Assembly (NCBI GenBank): GCA_038246615.1
Contig: JBBRVT010000001.1
Location: 1 to 36,835 of the forward strand
Direction: 5' to 3'
Origin: Burkholderiales bacterium
Lineage (GTDB): Bacteria > Pseudomonadota > Gammaproteobacteria > Burkholderiales > Burkholderiaceae_C
DNA: 36,835 nt
The translations under genes and the position numbers were made by a program. The notes beneath the pieces were generated by a model. That model had not been told where the DNA came from, searched no databases, and saw only the letters and a program-made list of their open reading frames with translations. Positions 10,284 through 18,708 of this stretch are shown one piece after another (the stretch's first letter is position 1; each line of letters begins with the position of its first letter).

Positions 10284-10459
10284 GTTCTTCCCGACCCGTT
10301 CAGTTTGGCAGCCAGTCGCCCAAGGCGCCTGCCCGCTGCCAGCAACCAACTGTCGCATTGAATCGGTCGGCCTGCGCCGATGCCACCGGGCGCCGGTGCG
10401 AATGGCATGCCTTGAAAAGTGCTGGCACGCCGTTCTTGCAGCCCACGCCCGAGAACCCC

Positions 10460-11458
10460 GTGCCCCTCGGCGACATCGAAATCGCCCGCCAGGCTCCGCT
10501 GCGCCGCAACACTGATCTGGCCCGCTTGCGGCCGGACATCGCCGATGATCACCTGGTGCCTTGCGGCCACCATAAGGCCAGGCGCACGCTGCCGTCCGTC
10601 GATTCCCTGGCCGGCTGGCCTGAGGGCAAGTTGATCCTGGTCACCGTCATCAGCCCCACGCCGGCCGGCGAGGGCAAGACCACCACCACCGTGGGTGTGG
10701 GTGACGCGCTGAACTTCACCGGCCACAGGGCGGTGATTGCGCTGCGTGAGCCCTCGCTGGGCCCGGTGTTCGGCATGCAGGGCGGCGCCGCCGGTGGCGG
10801 GTATGCGCAAGTGGTGCCGATGGAGGACATCAACCTGCACTGCACCGGTGACTTCGACGCCATTGCGCTGGCCAACTTCGGCGCCGACCTGGGCGCAAAA
10901 AAGTTCATCGACATCAAGTTCCGCGAGACCGGCCCGCGACTGGCGCTGGCGGCGGTGGTGGGGGTGGGGGTGGCCACCGTGCGGGCGGTCAAGTGCCACG
11001 GCGGCGTGGACCTGCCGCAACTGGGCAGCGATAACCTGCCGGCGCTGGAACGCGGCCTGGGCAATCTGCAGCGCCACCTGCACAACCTGCATGAAGTTTT
11101 CGGGCTGCGCTGCGTCGTCTCGATCAACCACTGCGCCACCGACACCGCCGCAGACAGTGCCGTCGGCATCAGCGCCAGTGCCGCAGTCAGGGCGCAGATC
11201 GACAAGCTGCAGGCGGATGGCCGCGGCCACCTGCCGGTGTGCGTGGCCTAGACGTAGTGCAGCTTCTCCACAGACCCCGCCTTGCGCGGTGCGCCCAGTG
11301 GCCACACCATCGCAGTGCGCGAGTTGCGACTGGCTGCAGGCGCCGAGTTCGTGATGCTGGTGTGCGGTGACGTGATAACCATGCCCGGCCTGCCCGAGGT
11401 GCCGGCGGCCGAGCGGATCGATCTGGACGACCAGGGCAGGGTGATCGGCCTGTCTTGA
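10460..11458 (+). pseudogene. fhs: Formate--tetrahydrofolate ligase pseudogene
   Basis: PTPAGEGKTTT, LREPSLGP.FG..GGAAGGGYAQVVPMEDINLH.TGD, FGADLGA.KF, and TMPGLP..PAAE.ID at the end. Two large internal deletions (about 10876 and about 11155) and TAG stops at 11249 and 11255 within the AKTQYS motif. Confidence 0.93.
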
Positions 11459-11539
11459 GTGGGTGACGCAGCTTGGCTGGAAGGGGCAGACGCCGGCGGC
11501 ACCACCAAGCGGGCGCAGGACCAACGCCAGCAGCGTGCA

Positions 11540-12499
11540 TCAGGGCGCGCGCAGCACCTCGGTGCGCGGGTGGAAAGCGACCCAGGCGAACCAGAACGCC
11601 ATGGTGCTGGCCAACGGGCGGCCCTGGGCATCAAAGGCCTCGGCCGTCTGGTGTGTGCGGTCGAACCGGATGCGCACGCGCTGCTGGCCCACGGTGTCCT
11701 TGAACTCGCCCGAGCGACCCACCATTTTGTCGAGCACACTGAACGGGTAGGCCTTGGCGACGCCATCGACACGCAGACCCAGCACCCATTCCTTGAGCGG
11801 GAAGCGGTCGTCGCGGTGCTGCACATCAAACATGAGCTGTTGCACCTTGTCGTAGCCGGCATACGGGTCGCGGGCATAGTCGCGCTGGAAGCCGGTGTCG
11901 GTCGACAGCACCTGCGTGGCCGGGTGGCGGGCGCGCCAGTCGGCCCAGCTGGTGTGCGTGAGCGGCACCTGCACCAGCACCGTGCCCTTGAGTGGGCCGG
12001 TGATGGCCGCCGACAGGATCTGCGACCACAGCGACAACGTGGTCCGGTCGTACAGCAGCACATCACTGTTGTAGAGCAGGCCCGACACACCGAAGCCGCC
12101 CGATCCGGTGCGCTGCGGCGGCTCGAACGCCATGCCGGTGCCGCATAGCGGACAGTAGGTGATGACGATGGCGCGCTGTGCGACCGTGTCGTTCACCACC
12201 TCATGCCAGTTCAGGATGCGCACCGGGTAGGCACGGGCCACGCCGCCGTGCGTGATGCCGAGTATCCGGTCGCCATCTGCCAGCCGCGACGCTGCAGCGC
12301 TGACGAACTTCGGCTGGTCGATCGCCGGTATGCCGTCCTTGGGCGGGCCCCCCTTTTCGATGGGCCGCATGTCGCCCGAAGCGCCGCTCAGGTCGAAACC
12401 ATTGAGCATGGGCAGGGCACTGGCAGCTTGCGGGCCGAGGCCCAGGCCAACGGCTGTCAGCAAAGGTGCCAGCAGCAGCAAGGCGTGTCGGCGTAGCAT
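11540..12499 (-). CDS. DUF3179 family exported protein with a CPLC motif
   Basis: GGPPKDGIPAIDQP, AYPVRILNWHEVVND, TYCPLCGTG, FGVSGLLYNS..L.YDR.T.SLWSQ, FWFAW.AFHP; N-terminal signal peptide. Confidence 0.88.
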   Translation of the reverse strand: MLRRHALLLLAPLLTAVGLGLGPQAASALPMLNGFDLSGASGDMRPIEKGGPPKDGIPAIDQPKFVSAAASRLADGDRILGITHGGVARAYPVRILNWHEVVNDTVAQRAIVITYCPLCGTGMAFEPPQRTGSGGFGVSGLLYNSDVLLYDRTTLSLWSQILSAAITGPLKGTVLVQVPLTHTSWADWRARHPATQVLSTDTGFQRDYARDPYAGYDKVQQLMFDVQHRDDRFPLKEWVLGLRVDGVAKAYPFSVLDKMVGRSGEFKDTVGQQRVRIRFDRTHQTAEAFDAQGRPLASTMAFWFAWVAFHPRTEVLRAP

Positions 12500-12696
12500 G
12501 GGCTGGCCCCTTCAAGGACAAAACGGCGAAGCGCTATCGAGTATGCGTGCAGTCAGGCTGGCGCGCACAGGTGCTTCCGCAGGGCGCTGCGCTGGCCGGG
12601 GAGAGGGAGTTCAATCGCTGATTCTCGGCTTCGTGGCTGGGCTGAGTCGGGCGCCGAAGGCGTGTCGGGCAGCGTTGGGGGTGGGCAGCGGTGTGC

Positions 12697-12745
12697 GCCA
12701 TGCGCCATGTGCCATGTGCCATGTGCCGCGCGCCGCGCGCCGCGC
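12697..12745 (+). repeat. Compound heptamer microsatellite (GCCATGY)4(GCCGCGC)3
   Basis: Seven in-register 7-bp units read directly from the sequence. Confidence 0.9.
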
Positions 12746-12869
12746 GAAGGCAGGACCCACACCATTTTCAGTTGAAGGCGACGGGCTTGGCTTGATCGCC
12801 GCAGCGCAGGTGCAGAGAACCGCCCCGTCTGCCATGGAGCGGCATTCGAGGAAGGCATGGAACCCGTGC

Positions 12870-13207
12870 TTGCGCCGGGTGCGCGCGCACATCGACCGGG
12901 TGCAGACCGGCCTGGGCTTGCGCATGCTGCTGGAGAACCCGGCCACCCATGTCGAGTTTGCAGCGTCCACGCTGGACGAGCCCGGCTTCCTGGCCGAGGT
13001 GTGAGCCGCACCGGCTGCGGCCCGCTGCTGGACCTGAACGACCTGTGGATGGCCGGCCGCAACCACGGCCGTGATGTGCGGGCCACGCCGGCCGCCATGC
13101 AGCTGCTTGCGGTCGGCAAGGTCCTCCTGGCCGGCCAAGCGGTGGACGCCGACGCCAGCGGCGCGCCGCTGCCGCACCCTGCGCGGCCCGAAGCGCAGGC
13201 CGCATGA
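12870..13207 (+). pseudogene. DUF692/MNIO (BufB-like) oxidase fragment
   Basis: HIDRVQ..LG.RMLLENPAT.VEF..ST.DE..FL, frameshift near 13000, then RTGCG.LLDLN...NHG...VG.V.LAG. N-terminal half and IDSH region are absent. Confidence 0.85.
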
Positions 13208-13740
13208 CCGAAGCCGCCTTCGCCGCCGCCCTGCTGGCGCCTGAGACGCCCGCACTGGCCGGTCTGCGCACCTGGAACGGGTCCGACCCGGCCGGCCGGC
13301 TGGCGGTGCACCGCAACAACCTGGTCGTCGGTCTGGTGGACGTGCCGGCCAGCGGTTTTCCGGTGCTGCAGGTGCAGGTGGGCGGAGTGTTCTTCCGCGC
13401 CATGGCCGCGCCTTTCGTGCGGCAGCACCCGCCCAGCAGCCCGGTGCCGGCCTGGTGTAGCGGCGCGCTGCCCGGCTTCATCGCCGATTTCTCCCCCGCG
13501 GCTGCGGTGCCTTGCCTGGCCGATGTGGCACGGCTGGAATGACGGCGTCAGCAGGCCAGCCATGCGGCTGACGAGGCGCCGCTCAGCCTGGCCGCAGTGC
13601 CGGCGCCGATGCTGGCGCAGATGCTGGCCGCGCTGCAGCAGCCGGCCCGGCTGGCCGGGTTGCAGCTGCAACTGCACCGGTCCGTGGGCGCGCTGGCGTC
13701 GCGCCGTGGCAGCGGTATCGGTCTTGGCAGCGCACCGACC
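13204..13740 (+). pseudogene. DUF2063 (BufC/HvfC-like) MNIO partner, disrupted
   Basis: FAAALL.P, GL.TWNGSDP..RLAVHRNN, FP......G..FF.AMA..FVR.HPP.SP, LADVARLE then TGA at 13540 where Trp is expected; HAAD follows in frame, then a frameshift and truncation. Confidence 0.85.
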
Positions 13741-13765
13741 TGGCCCAGACGCTGGCGCTGCTGGC

Positions 13766-14109
13766 ATGCCCACCAACACCGCGCCCGCACACCCTCATCG
13801 ACCAAAATCGACCCCGGCAGTGACCGGCTGGAGCCAGGCCCTGGCCGGCTGCATCGCGTTGTGCAGCCGCATCCCGCACAGCGCCATCGCATTGCTGGCG
13901 CGGCTGTCCATCGCCGCAGTAGTCTGGCAGTCCGGCCAGACCAAGATCGAGGGCCTGGTGCTGAATCCCGTCAGTGGCGGCTGGTGATCCGGCTGCTGGT
14001 CTACCCAGGCGCCTCGGCCACCCACGGTATCTGTGCAGCCGTTCTGCTGTGGCTGCTGGCGCGCGGGCCGGGTGGGTTGTCGATCGACCACTGGCTGGCC
14101 CGGCGCTGA
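13766..14109 (+). pseudogene. DoxX family (BufD-like) membrane protein, disrupted
   Basis: IPHS.IALLAR.SIAAV.WQSGQTKIEG, stop at 13987, central part missing, then VYP.A..THG..AA.LL.L.ARGPG.LSIDH in another frame. Confidence 0.82.
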
Positions 14110-14141
14110 GAGCGCCCCCAGGCCTGCCGTTGCGCGTCAGG

Positions 14142-14188
14142 CCCCCCGAGGGGGATGAGGAAACTTGGGGACGGCCCGGCGTTTCCTC
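14142..14188. repeat. REP-like double hairpin between convergent genes
   Basis: ccccc-ga-ggggg (14143-14154), then a gaggaaac (14157-14164)/gtttcctc (14181-14188) inverted pair. Resembles dispersed Burkholderiales repeats (from memory). Confidence 0.55.
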
Positions 14189-14234
14189 CTGAGCGATGCC
14201 GGTCGGGCCTGGGCGCAGGCTCAGCGCTCCGGCA

Positions 14235-14918
14235 TCAGAGATGCTTGCCGAAGAACGCGAAGCTGCGGTCCCAGGCCAGCTGTGCCCAGGCGGCGTCGTA
14301 CTGCGTCATCGCGATGCGGCCGGGGCCCTGGGCGGTCTCGTTGGCGAAACCGTGCTGGGCCAGGTAGCGGTGGCCCTGGTAGTGCACGCCGGCCTCGTGC
14401 AGCTTGGCCTCCAGCGGGTCGACGGTGGCGATGGGGAAGGGCACGTCCTGCTCGGCCCAGTGCGCCAGCATGGGCGCCTTGATCTTGCCGGCGTCCACGT
14501 ACTCCAGCGGCGGCAGGCCGTACCACACCACGCCGGCGTCGGCCTCGGGCGCCATGGTCAGGCTCAGGATGGTGAGCGCGCCGCCCATGCAGAAGCCGGT
14601 GACGCCCACCTTGGCATGGCTGGCCTTGAGGTACTGCACAGCGCCGCGCACGTCCTGGCCGGCGGCGTCGCCGAAGTTCAGTGCGCTCATCAGGTGGTGC
14701 GCCTCTTCGGCCTCCACCGTGCTCTTGCCGCGGTACAGGTCGGGCACCAGGGCGGTGAAGCCGGCGGCGGCCACCCGGTCGGCCACGCCGCGGATCTGGT
14801 CGTTCAGGCCCCACCATTCCTGGATCACCACCACCGCGCCCTTGGCGCCGGCGCTCTCGGCCAGGTAGCCCTGCACGGCCTGCCCATCGGGGCGGTTGAA
14901 GCTGATCATCGAACCCAT
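14235..14918 (-). CDS. Dienelactone hydrolase family protein
   Basis: VIQEWWGLN, PDLYRG, GFCMGG (Cys nucleophile), HGFAN. RBS AGGAGA. Confidence 0.92.
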   Translation of the reverse strand: MGSMISFNRPDGQAVQGYLAESAGAKGAVVVIQEWWGLNDQIRGVADRVAAAGFTALVPDLYRGKSTVEAEEAHHLMSALNFGDAAGQDVRGAVQYLKASHAKVGVTGFCMGGALTILSLTMAPEADAGVVWYGLPPLEYVDAGKIKAPMLAHWAEQDVPFPIATVDPLEAKLHEAGVHYQGHRYLAQHGFANETAQGPGRIAMTQYDAAWAQLAWDRSFAFFGKHL

Positions 14919-15126
14919 GGGAGTCTCCTGGCGTCGGGGTTGAAAGAACGGGCAGTGTACGGATGGGCGGCTGCCTCGCGTCAAGGGCCGTGGCAGCGGT
15001 CGCAAGGCCCGCAACCGCAGGATGCCTGCCTGGGCACCGCCGCGTTGATGACGGGTGTCACGCTGCCGGGGGGCAGCGCGGCCTGTCGGGCCTCAAGCCC
15101 GGGCGCGGCGCGCCGACCACAAAGGT

Positions 15127-16137
15127 ATGGACCTTCTGGCCCGGTTGACCTGTGCCCTGCGCGCCGATGACGACGCGTTGGCGGACCACCGCGACCGCAT
15201 TGCGCTGATCCTCAGCGTGGTGTCGGCGGTGGTGCTGCTGCCGTTCGCCATCGACCACCTGCTGGCTGGCCGCCACGCGCTGGCCGCGCTGGTCTTCATG
15301 GTGCAGGCGACGCTGGCCGTCGACGCCTGGGCGCTGCGTCGGGGCAGGCCGGCGCCGGTGCCGTTCTGGCTGGTGATGGGGGTCTTCATGCTGGTGATCT
15401 GCGCGGTGATCCAGCGCCTGGGTCTGGTCGGCACCTTCTGGGCCTATCCTGCGGCCTTCATCAGCTACTTCGTGCTGTCGCGCAAGCTGGCGCTGCTGCT
15501 GAGCGTGGCCATGACGGTGGCGGCCACGCTACTGACCTGGCAGGTGCTGGGCGCAGCCGTGGGGGCGCGCTTCGGCGCCACGCTGGCGCTCACCCTGGTG
15601 ATGATCAACGTGGTGCTCAACGTGGCGGGCGATCTGCAGCGCGCGCTGCTGCAGCAGACCCTGACCGACCCGCTGACCGGTGCCTACAACCGCCGCCACC
15701 TGGCGCAGCAGCTGGCGCTGCTCACCCGTCCGGGCAGCGATGTCTATGCGATGAACGTGCTGCTGGCCATCGACGTCGACCATTTCAAGCACATCAACGA
15801 CCGCCACGGCCACGCTGCCGGTGACGCGGTGCTGGTGGATCTGGTGGCGGCCTTGTCGGCCCGCAAGCGGCAGAGCGACATGCTGTTCCGCACCGGCGGC
15901 GAGGAATTCGTGCTGCTGCTGCCCCGCACCTCGGCGCTGGACGCGCGACAGGTGGCCGAGGCGCTGCGCGTGCGCGTCGCCGACACCGCGCTGCTGCCTG
16001 GCCATCCGATCACCGTGAGCATCGGCGTGGGCGTGCAGCAGCCGCAGCACAACGCCGACGCCTGGCTGGACGCTGCCGACCGCGCGCTCTACCAGGCCAA
16101 GCACAACGGCCGCAACCGCGTGGAGACCGCCGCATGA
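15127..16137 (+). CDS. Membrane-anchored diguanylate cyclase
   Basis: Several N-terminal TM helices; TDPLTGAYNRR, DVDHFK.IND.HGH..GD, RQSD I-site, GGEEF, ADRALY.AK. Confidence 0.94.
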   Translation: MDLLARLTCALRADDDALADHRDRIALILSVVSAVVLLPFAIDHLLAGRHALAALVFMVQATLAVDAWALRRGRPAPVPFWLVMGVFMLVICAVIQRLGLVGTFWAYPAAFISYFVLSRKLALLLSVAMTVAATLLTWQVLGAAVGARFGATLALTLVMINVVLNVAGDLQRALLQQTLTDPLTGAYNRRHLAQQLALLTRPGSDVYAMNVLLAIDVDHFKHINDRHGHAAGDAVLVDLVAALSARKRQSDMLFRTGGEEFVLLLPRTSALDARQVAEALRVRVADTALLPGHPITVSIGVGVQQPQHNADAWLDAADRALYQAKHNGRNRVETAA

Positions 16138-16308
16138 GCCGGGCGGCTGCCCCAGCCGTTGTGCGCCGACGTGCGGGCGCCCCGGGCGCCGGGCGGTGCG
16201 GCAGGCCGCCGCGCTGGCCTGGCAGGTGCCGGGCGGCGCCGCCGGGCTCCGTATGATGCGGGCGCCGGGCCGGCATCTGGGCTGGCCCCTGGTCAACCGG
16301 AGCGCACG

Positions 16309-16785
16309 ATGCAGTCACTTTCCCTCCATGCCCTGGCGGTCACCGCCCTGCTGCTGGGCAGCAGTGGGTTGACGGTGCAGGCCGGCAGCATCGGCACCTC
16401 ATTGGCCGTCGGCGGCTCGTCGGCGTCGGTGGGCAGTTCGGCCTCCAGCGAGGCGTCGAGCAACAGCTCTGGCGGTGGCCAGAAGACGGCGCTGGGGCCC
16501 TACCGCATCGTCGACGTGACCGAAGTGGCTGGCCAACCCGGCCAACCCGGGCAGGTGCGGCTGCAGTTGCAGGCGCTGGCAGCCGACGCCCCCGAGCCCG
16601 GCCACGTGCTGCTGCTGCCACAGGCCATCGCCGCGCAGTACCGGCTGGCCGCCGGCCAGACCGTCACCGCACGGGCCCGGGCTTACGGCACCGAGTTCGT
16701 GCACGACGCCAGCCGCCAGGCCTTCTACCTGGTGCTGACCGACGGCTTCCGGCGTGAGCTGGATGCGCAGCCGGTGCGGCTCTGA
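16309..16785 (+). CDS. Secreted hypothetical protein with a Ser/Gly-rich N-terminal segment
   Basis: GGAG RBS; signal peptide ending VQA; SSASVGSSASSEASSNSSGGG; overlaps the DUF2145 gene. Confidence 0.75.
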   Translation: MQSLSLHALAVTALLLGSSGLTVQAGSIGTSLAVGGSSASVGSSASSEASSNSSGGGQKTALGPYRIVDVTEVAGQPGQPGQVRLQLQALAADAPEPGHVLLLPQAIAAQYRLAAGQTVTARARAYGTEFVHDASRQAFYLVLTDGFRRELDAQPVRL

Positions 16786-17752
16786 CCCGCGCTTGAGCCT
16801 GCGCGCACTGCTGCTGGGCGCCGCCGGGCTGCTGGCGGCCGCCACCGCCCAGGCCGACCTGCTGCGCCACTGCACCGCCCCGCCGGTGCTGGACGCAGTG
16901 CAGCATGACCGCCTGTTCCGCTTCAGTGCACTGGTGCGTGAGGCGCTGGACGCCTCGGGCCGGCGGCTGGCGCTGATCGCCCGTGCCGGCACCGACCTGA
17001 GCCGCTTCGGCCAGCGCTACAGCCATGCCGGCATCAGCCTGCTGGCCAGCCCGAACACGCCGTGGTCGGTGCGCCAGCTGTACTACGACTGCGACCACGG
17101 CCGGCCACGCCTGTACGACCAGGGACTGCCCGGCTTCCTGCTCGGCGGCGCCGACCCGGCGCAAGGCCACATCGTGCTGCTGCTGTTGCCCGATGCGGCC
17201 GCCGCGCCGCTGGAGCAGGCCGCGCTGGACCAGCGCCAGGCGCTGCGGATGCTGGGCAGCACCTACAGCGCCAACGCCCATGCCTTCAGCACCCGCTACC
17301 AGAACTGCAACCAGTGGGTGGCCGAGGTGATGGCCCAAGCCTGGGGCCGGCTGGCCGCTGGGCGCGACGGCGCCGATGCACTGACCGACCCCCGCGCCGA
17401 CCCCCGCGCCGAAGCACAGCAATGGCTGCGGCAGCAGGGCTACACCCCCACGCGCATAGCGGTCACCAACCCGCTGCTGCTGCTGGCCGGCGCGGTGGTG
17501 CCCTGGCTGCACACCGACGACCACCCCGCAGACGCGCTGCACACCGGGCAATTCGACATCAGCATGCCGGCGTCGATCGAGGCCTTCGTGCGCCGGCAGG
17601 TGCCAGGCGTGCAGCGCATCGAGTTCTGCCACGACACGCAGAAAATGGTGGTGCGCCAGGGCTGGGTGCCGATCGGCCCGGGCTGCCAACCATTGGCCGG
17701 TGACCGGGTGATTCCGCTGGATGCTGCAGCAACCGCTGGCGGCGGCGCATGA
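16763..17752 (+). CDS. DUF2145 family exported protein
   Basis: ALIARAG.DLSRFG.RYSHAG, W.VRQLY..C, YS..A..FSTRYQNCNQW.AE. Start uncertain (16754 or 16763). Confidence 0.82.
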   Translation: MRSRCGSDPRLSLRALLLGAAGLLAAATAQADLLRHCTAPPVLDAVQHDRLFRFSALVREALDASGRRLALIARAGTDLSRFGQRYSHAGISLLASPNTPWSVRQLYYDCDHGRPRLYDQGLPGFLLGGADPAQGHIVLLLLPDAAAAPLEQAALDQRQALRMLGSTYSANAHAFSTRYQNCNQWVAEVMAQAWGRLAAGRDGADALTDPRADPRAEAQQWLRQQGYTPTRIAVTNPLLLLAGAVVPWLHTDDHPADALHTGQFDISMPASIEAFVRRQVPGVQRIEFCHDTQKMVVRQGWVPIGPGCQPLAGDRVIPLDAAATAGGGA

Positions 17753-17783
17753 TGCCGCCACCGCCTGTCGACCGGAGCCCCGC

Positions 17784-18314
17784 ATGCCGCACAGCCACCG
17801 CCGCCTGACCCCTGCCCAAGCCACCCACGCCACCCAAGCCGCCGGCCTGGCCGGCTCGCTGGCCGTTCTGGTCGCAGCGGCCGGCTGTGCCGCGCTGCAA
17901 CAGCCGCCCATCACGGTCGGCCAGTCCGAAGCCGCAGTGGTGGCCGCGCTGGGCCCGCCCACCGGCCGCTACACCCTGCCCGCCGCCGGCCAGCGCCTGG
18001 AATACGCCACCGGCCCGTATGGCCGCACCACGCGCATGGTGGACCTGGGCGCCGACGGCCGCGTCATCGCCAGCAGCCAGGTGCTGACCGAGGCCAACTT
18101 CGCCCAGGTTCGCGACGGCATGCCGCGCGACGAGGTGCTGCGGCTGCTGGGCCGCCCGGCCGACAAGGCTGGCGAGTACATGAACCGCCAGACCTGGTCG
18201 TGGCGCTACCCCACCAACGACTGCCTGTGGGCCCGCATCACCTTCGAGCCCGACGGCCGGGTGCGCGGCGGCGCCTCGTTCCTGTCCGACCCGTTCTGCG
18301 ACCCCAAGATCTGA
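17784..18314 (+). CDS. Lipoprotein with SmpA/BamE-like repeats
   Basis: Lipobox AAGC; two G-M/Q-S/P-x-x-E/A-V...LG.P motifs (VGQSEAAVVAALGPP, DGMPRDEVLRLLGRP) and WSWRY. Confidence 0.75.
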   Translation: MPHSHRRLTPAQATHATQAAGLAGSLAVLVAAAGCAALQQPPITVGQSEAAVVAALGPPTGRYTLPAAGQRLEYATGPYGRTTRMVDLGADGRVIASSQVLTEANFAQVRDGMPRDEVLRLLGRPADKAGEYMNRQTWSWRYPTNDCLWARITFEPDGRVRGGASFLSDPFCDPKI

Positions 18315-18329
18315 CCGATTCGGACCACC

Positions 18330-18680
18330 ATGGCCACCACCCTCTACGGCATCCCCAACTGCGACACCGTCAAGCGTGCCCGCGCCTTGCTGGCCGGGCA
18401 AGGTGCGGTGGTGCAGTTCCATGATTTCAAGAAGGCGGGGGTGCCGGCCGACCGGCTGGCGGCCTGGGTCGCCAGCACCGGCTGGGAGCGCCTGGTGAAC
18501 CGCCAGGGCAGCACCTGGCGCAAGCTGGACGACGCTGCCAGGGCAGCGGTGGTGGATGGCGCCAGCGCCCGGGCGCTGATGCAGGCCCAGCCCAGCGTGA
18601 TCAAGCGCCCGGTGGTCGAGTGGCCAGACGGCGCCATCACCGTCGGCTTCGACGCCGCCGACTTCGCCCGGCGGCTGTGA
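18330..18680 (+). CDS. ArsC/Spx (YffB-like) family protein
   Basis: YGIPNCDTVKRA, FHDFKKAG, LVNRQG.TWRKL, PSVIKRPV. Confidence 0.92.
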   Translation: MATTLYGIPNCDTVKRARALLAGQGAVVQFHDFKKAGVPADRLAAWVASTGWERLVNRQGSTWRKLDDAARAAVVDGASARALMQAQPSVIKRPVVEWPDGAITVGFDAADFARRL

Positions 18681-18708
18681 CCGCAGTGGCGCCCGCGCCG
18701 GGCCGGCG

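Noticed and set aside
10423-10440. sigma54 promoter upstream of fhs (TGGCACG...TTGCA)
   Set aside because: GG-to-GC spacing is 2 bp too long for the strict -24/-12 geometry.
10284-10459. ZTP or THF riboswitch upstream of fhs
   Set aside because: I could not find the conserved elements in the sense orientation; an Rfam scan would settle it.
11249-11257. Stop-codon recoding in fhs (and the TGA in DUF2063 at 13540)
   Set aside because: The stops are single-base changes from the expected Lys/Gln/Trp codons in genes that also carry large deletions; other genes terminate normally at TAG/TGA.
11540-12499. Selenoprotein form of DUF3179
   Set aside because: The motif is CPLC with no in-frame TGA.
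18330-18680. Arsenate reductase / ars operon
   Set aside because: CDTVKRA is the YffB/Spx-like subtype; no arsR, arsB or acr3 nearby.
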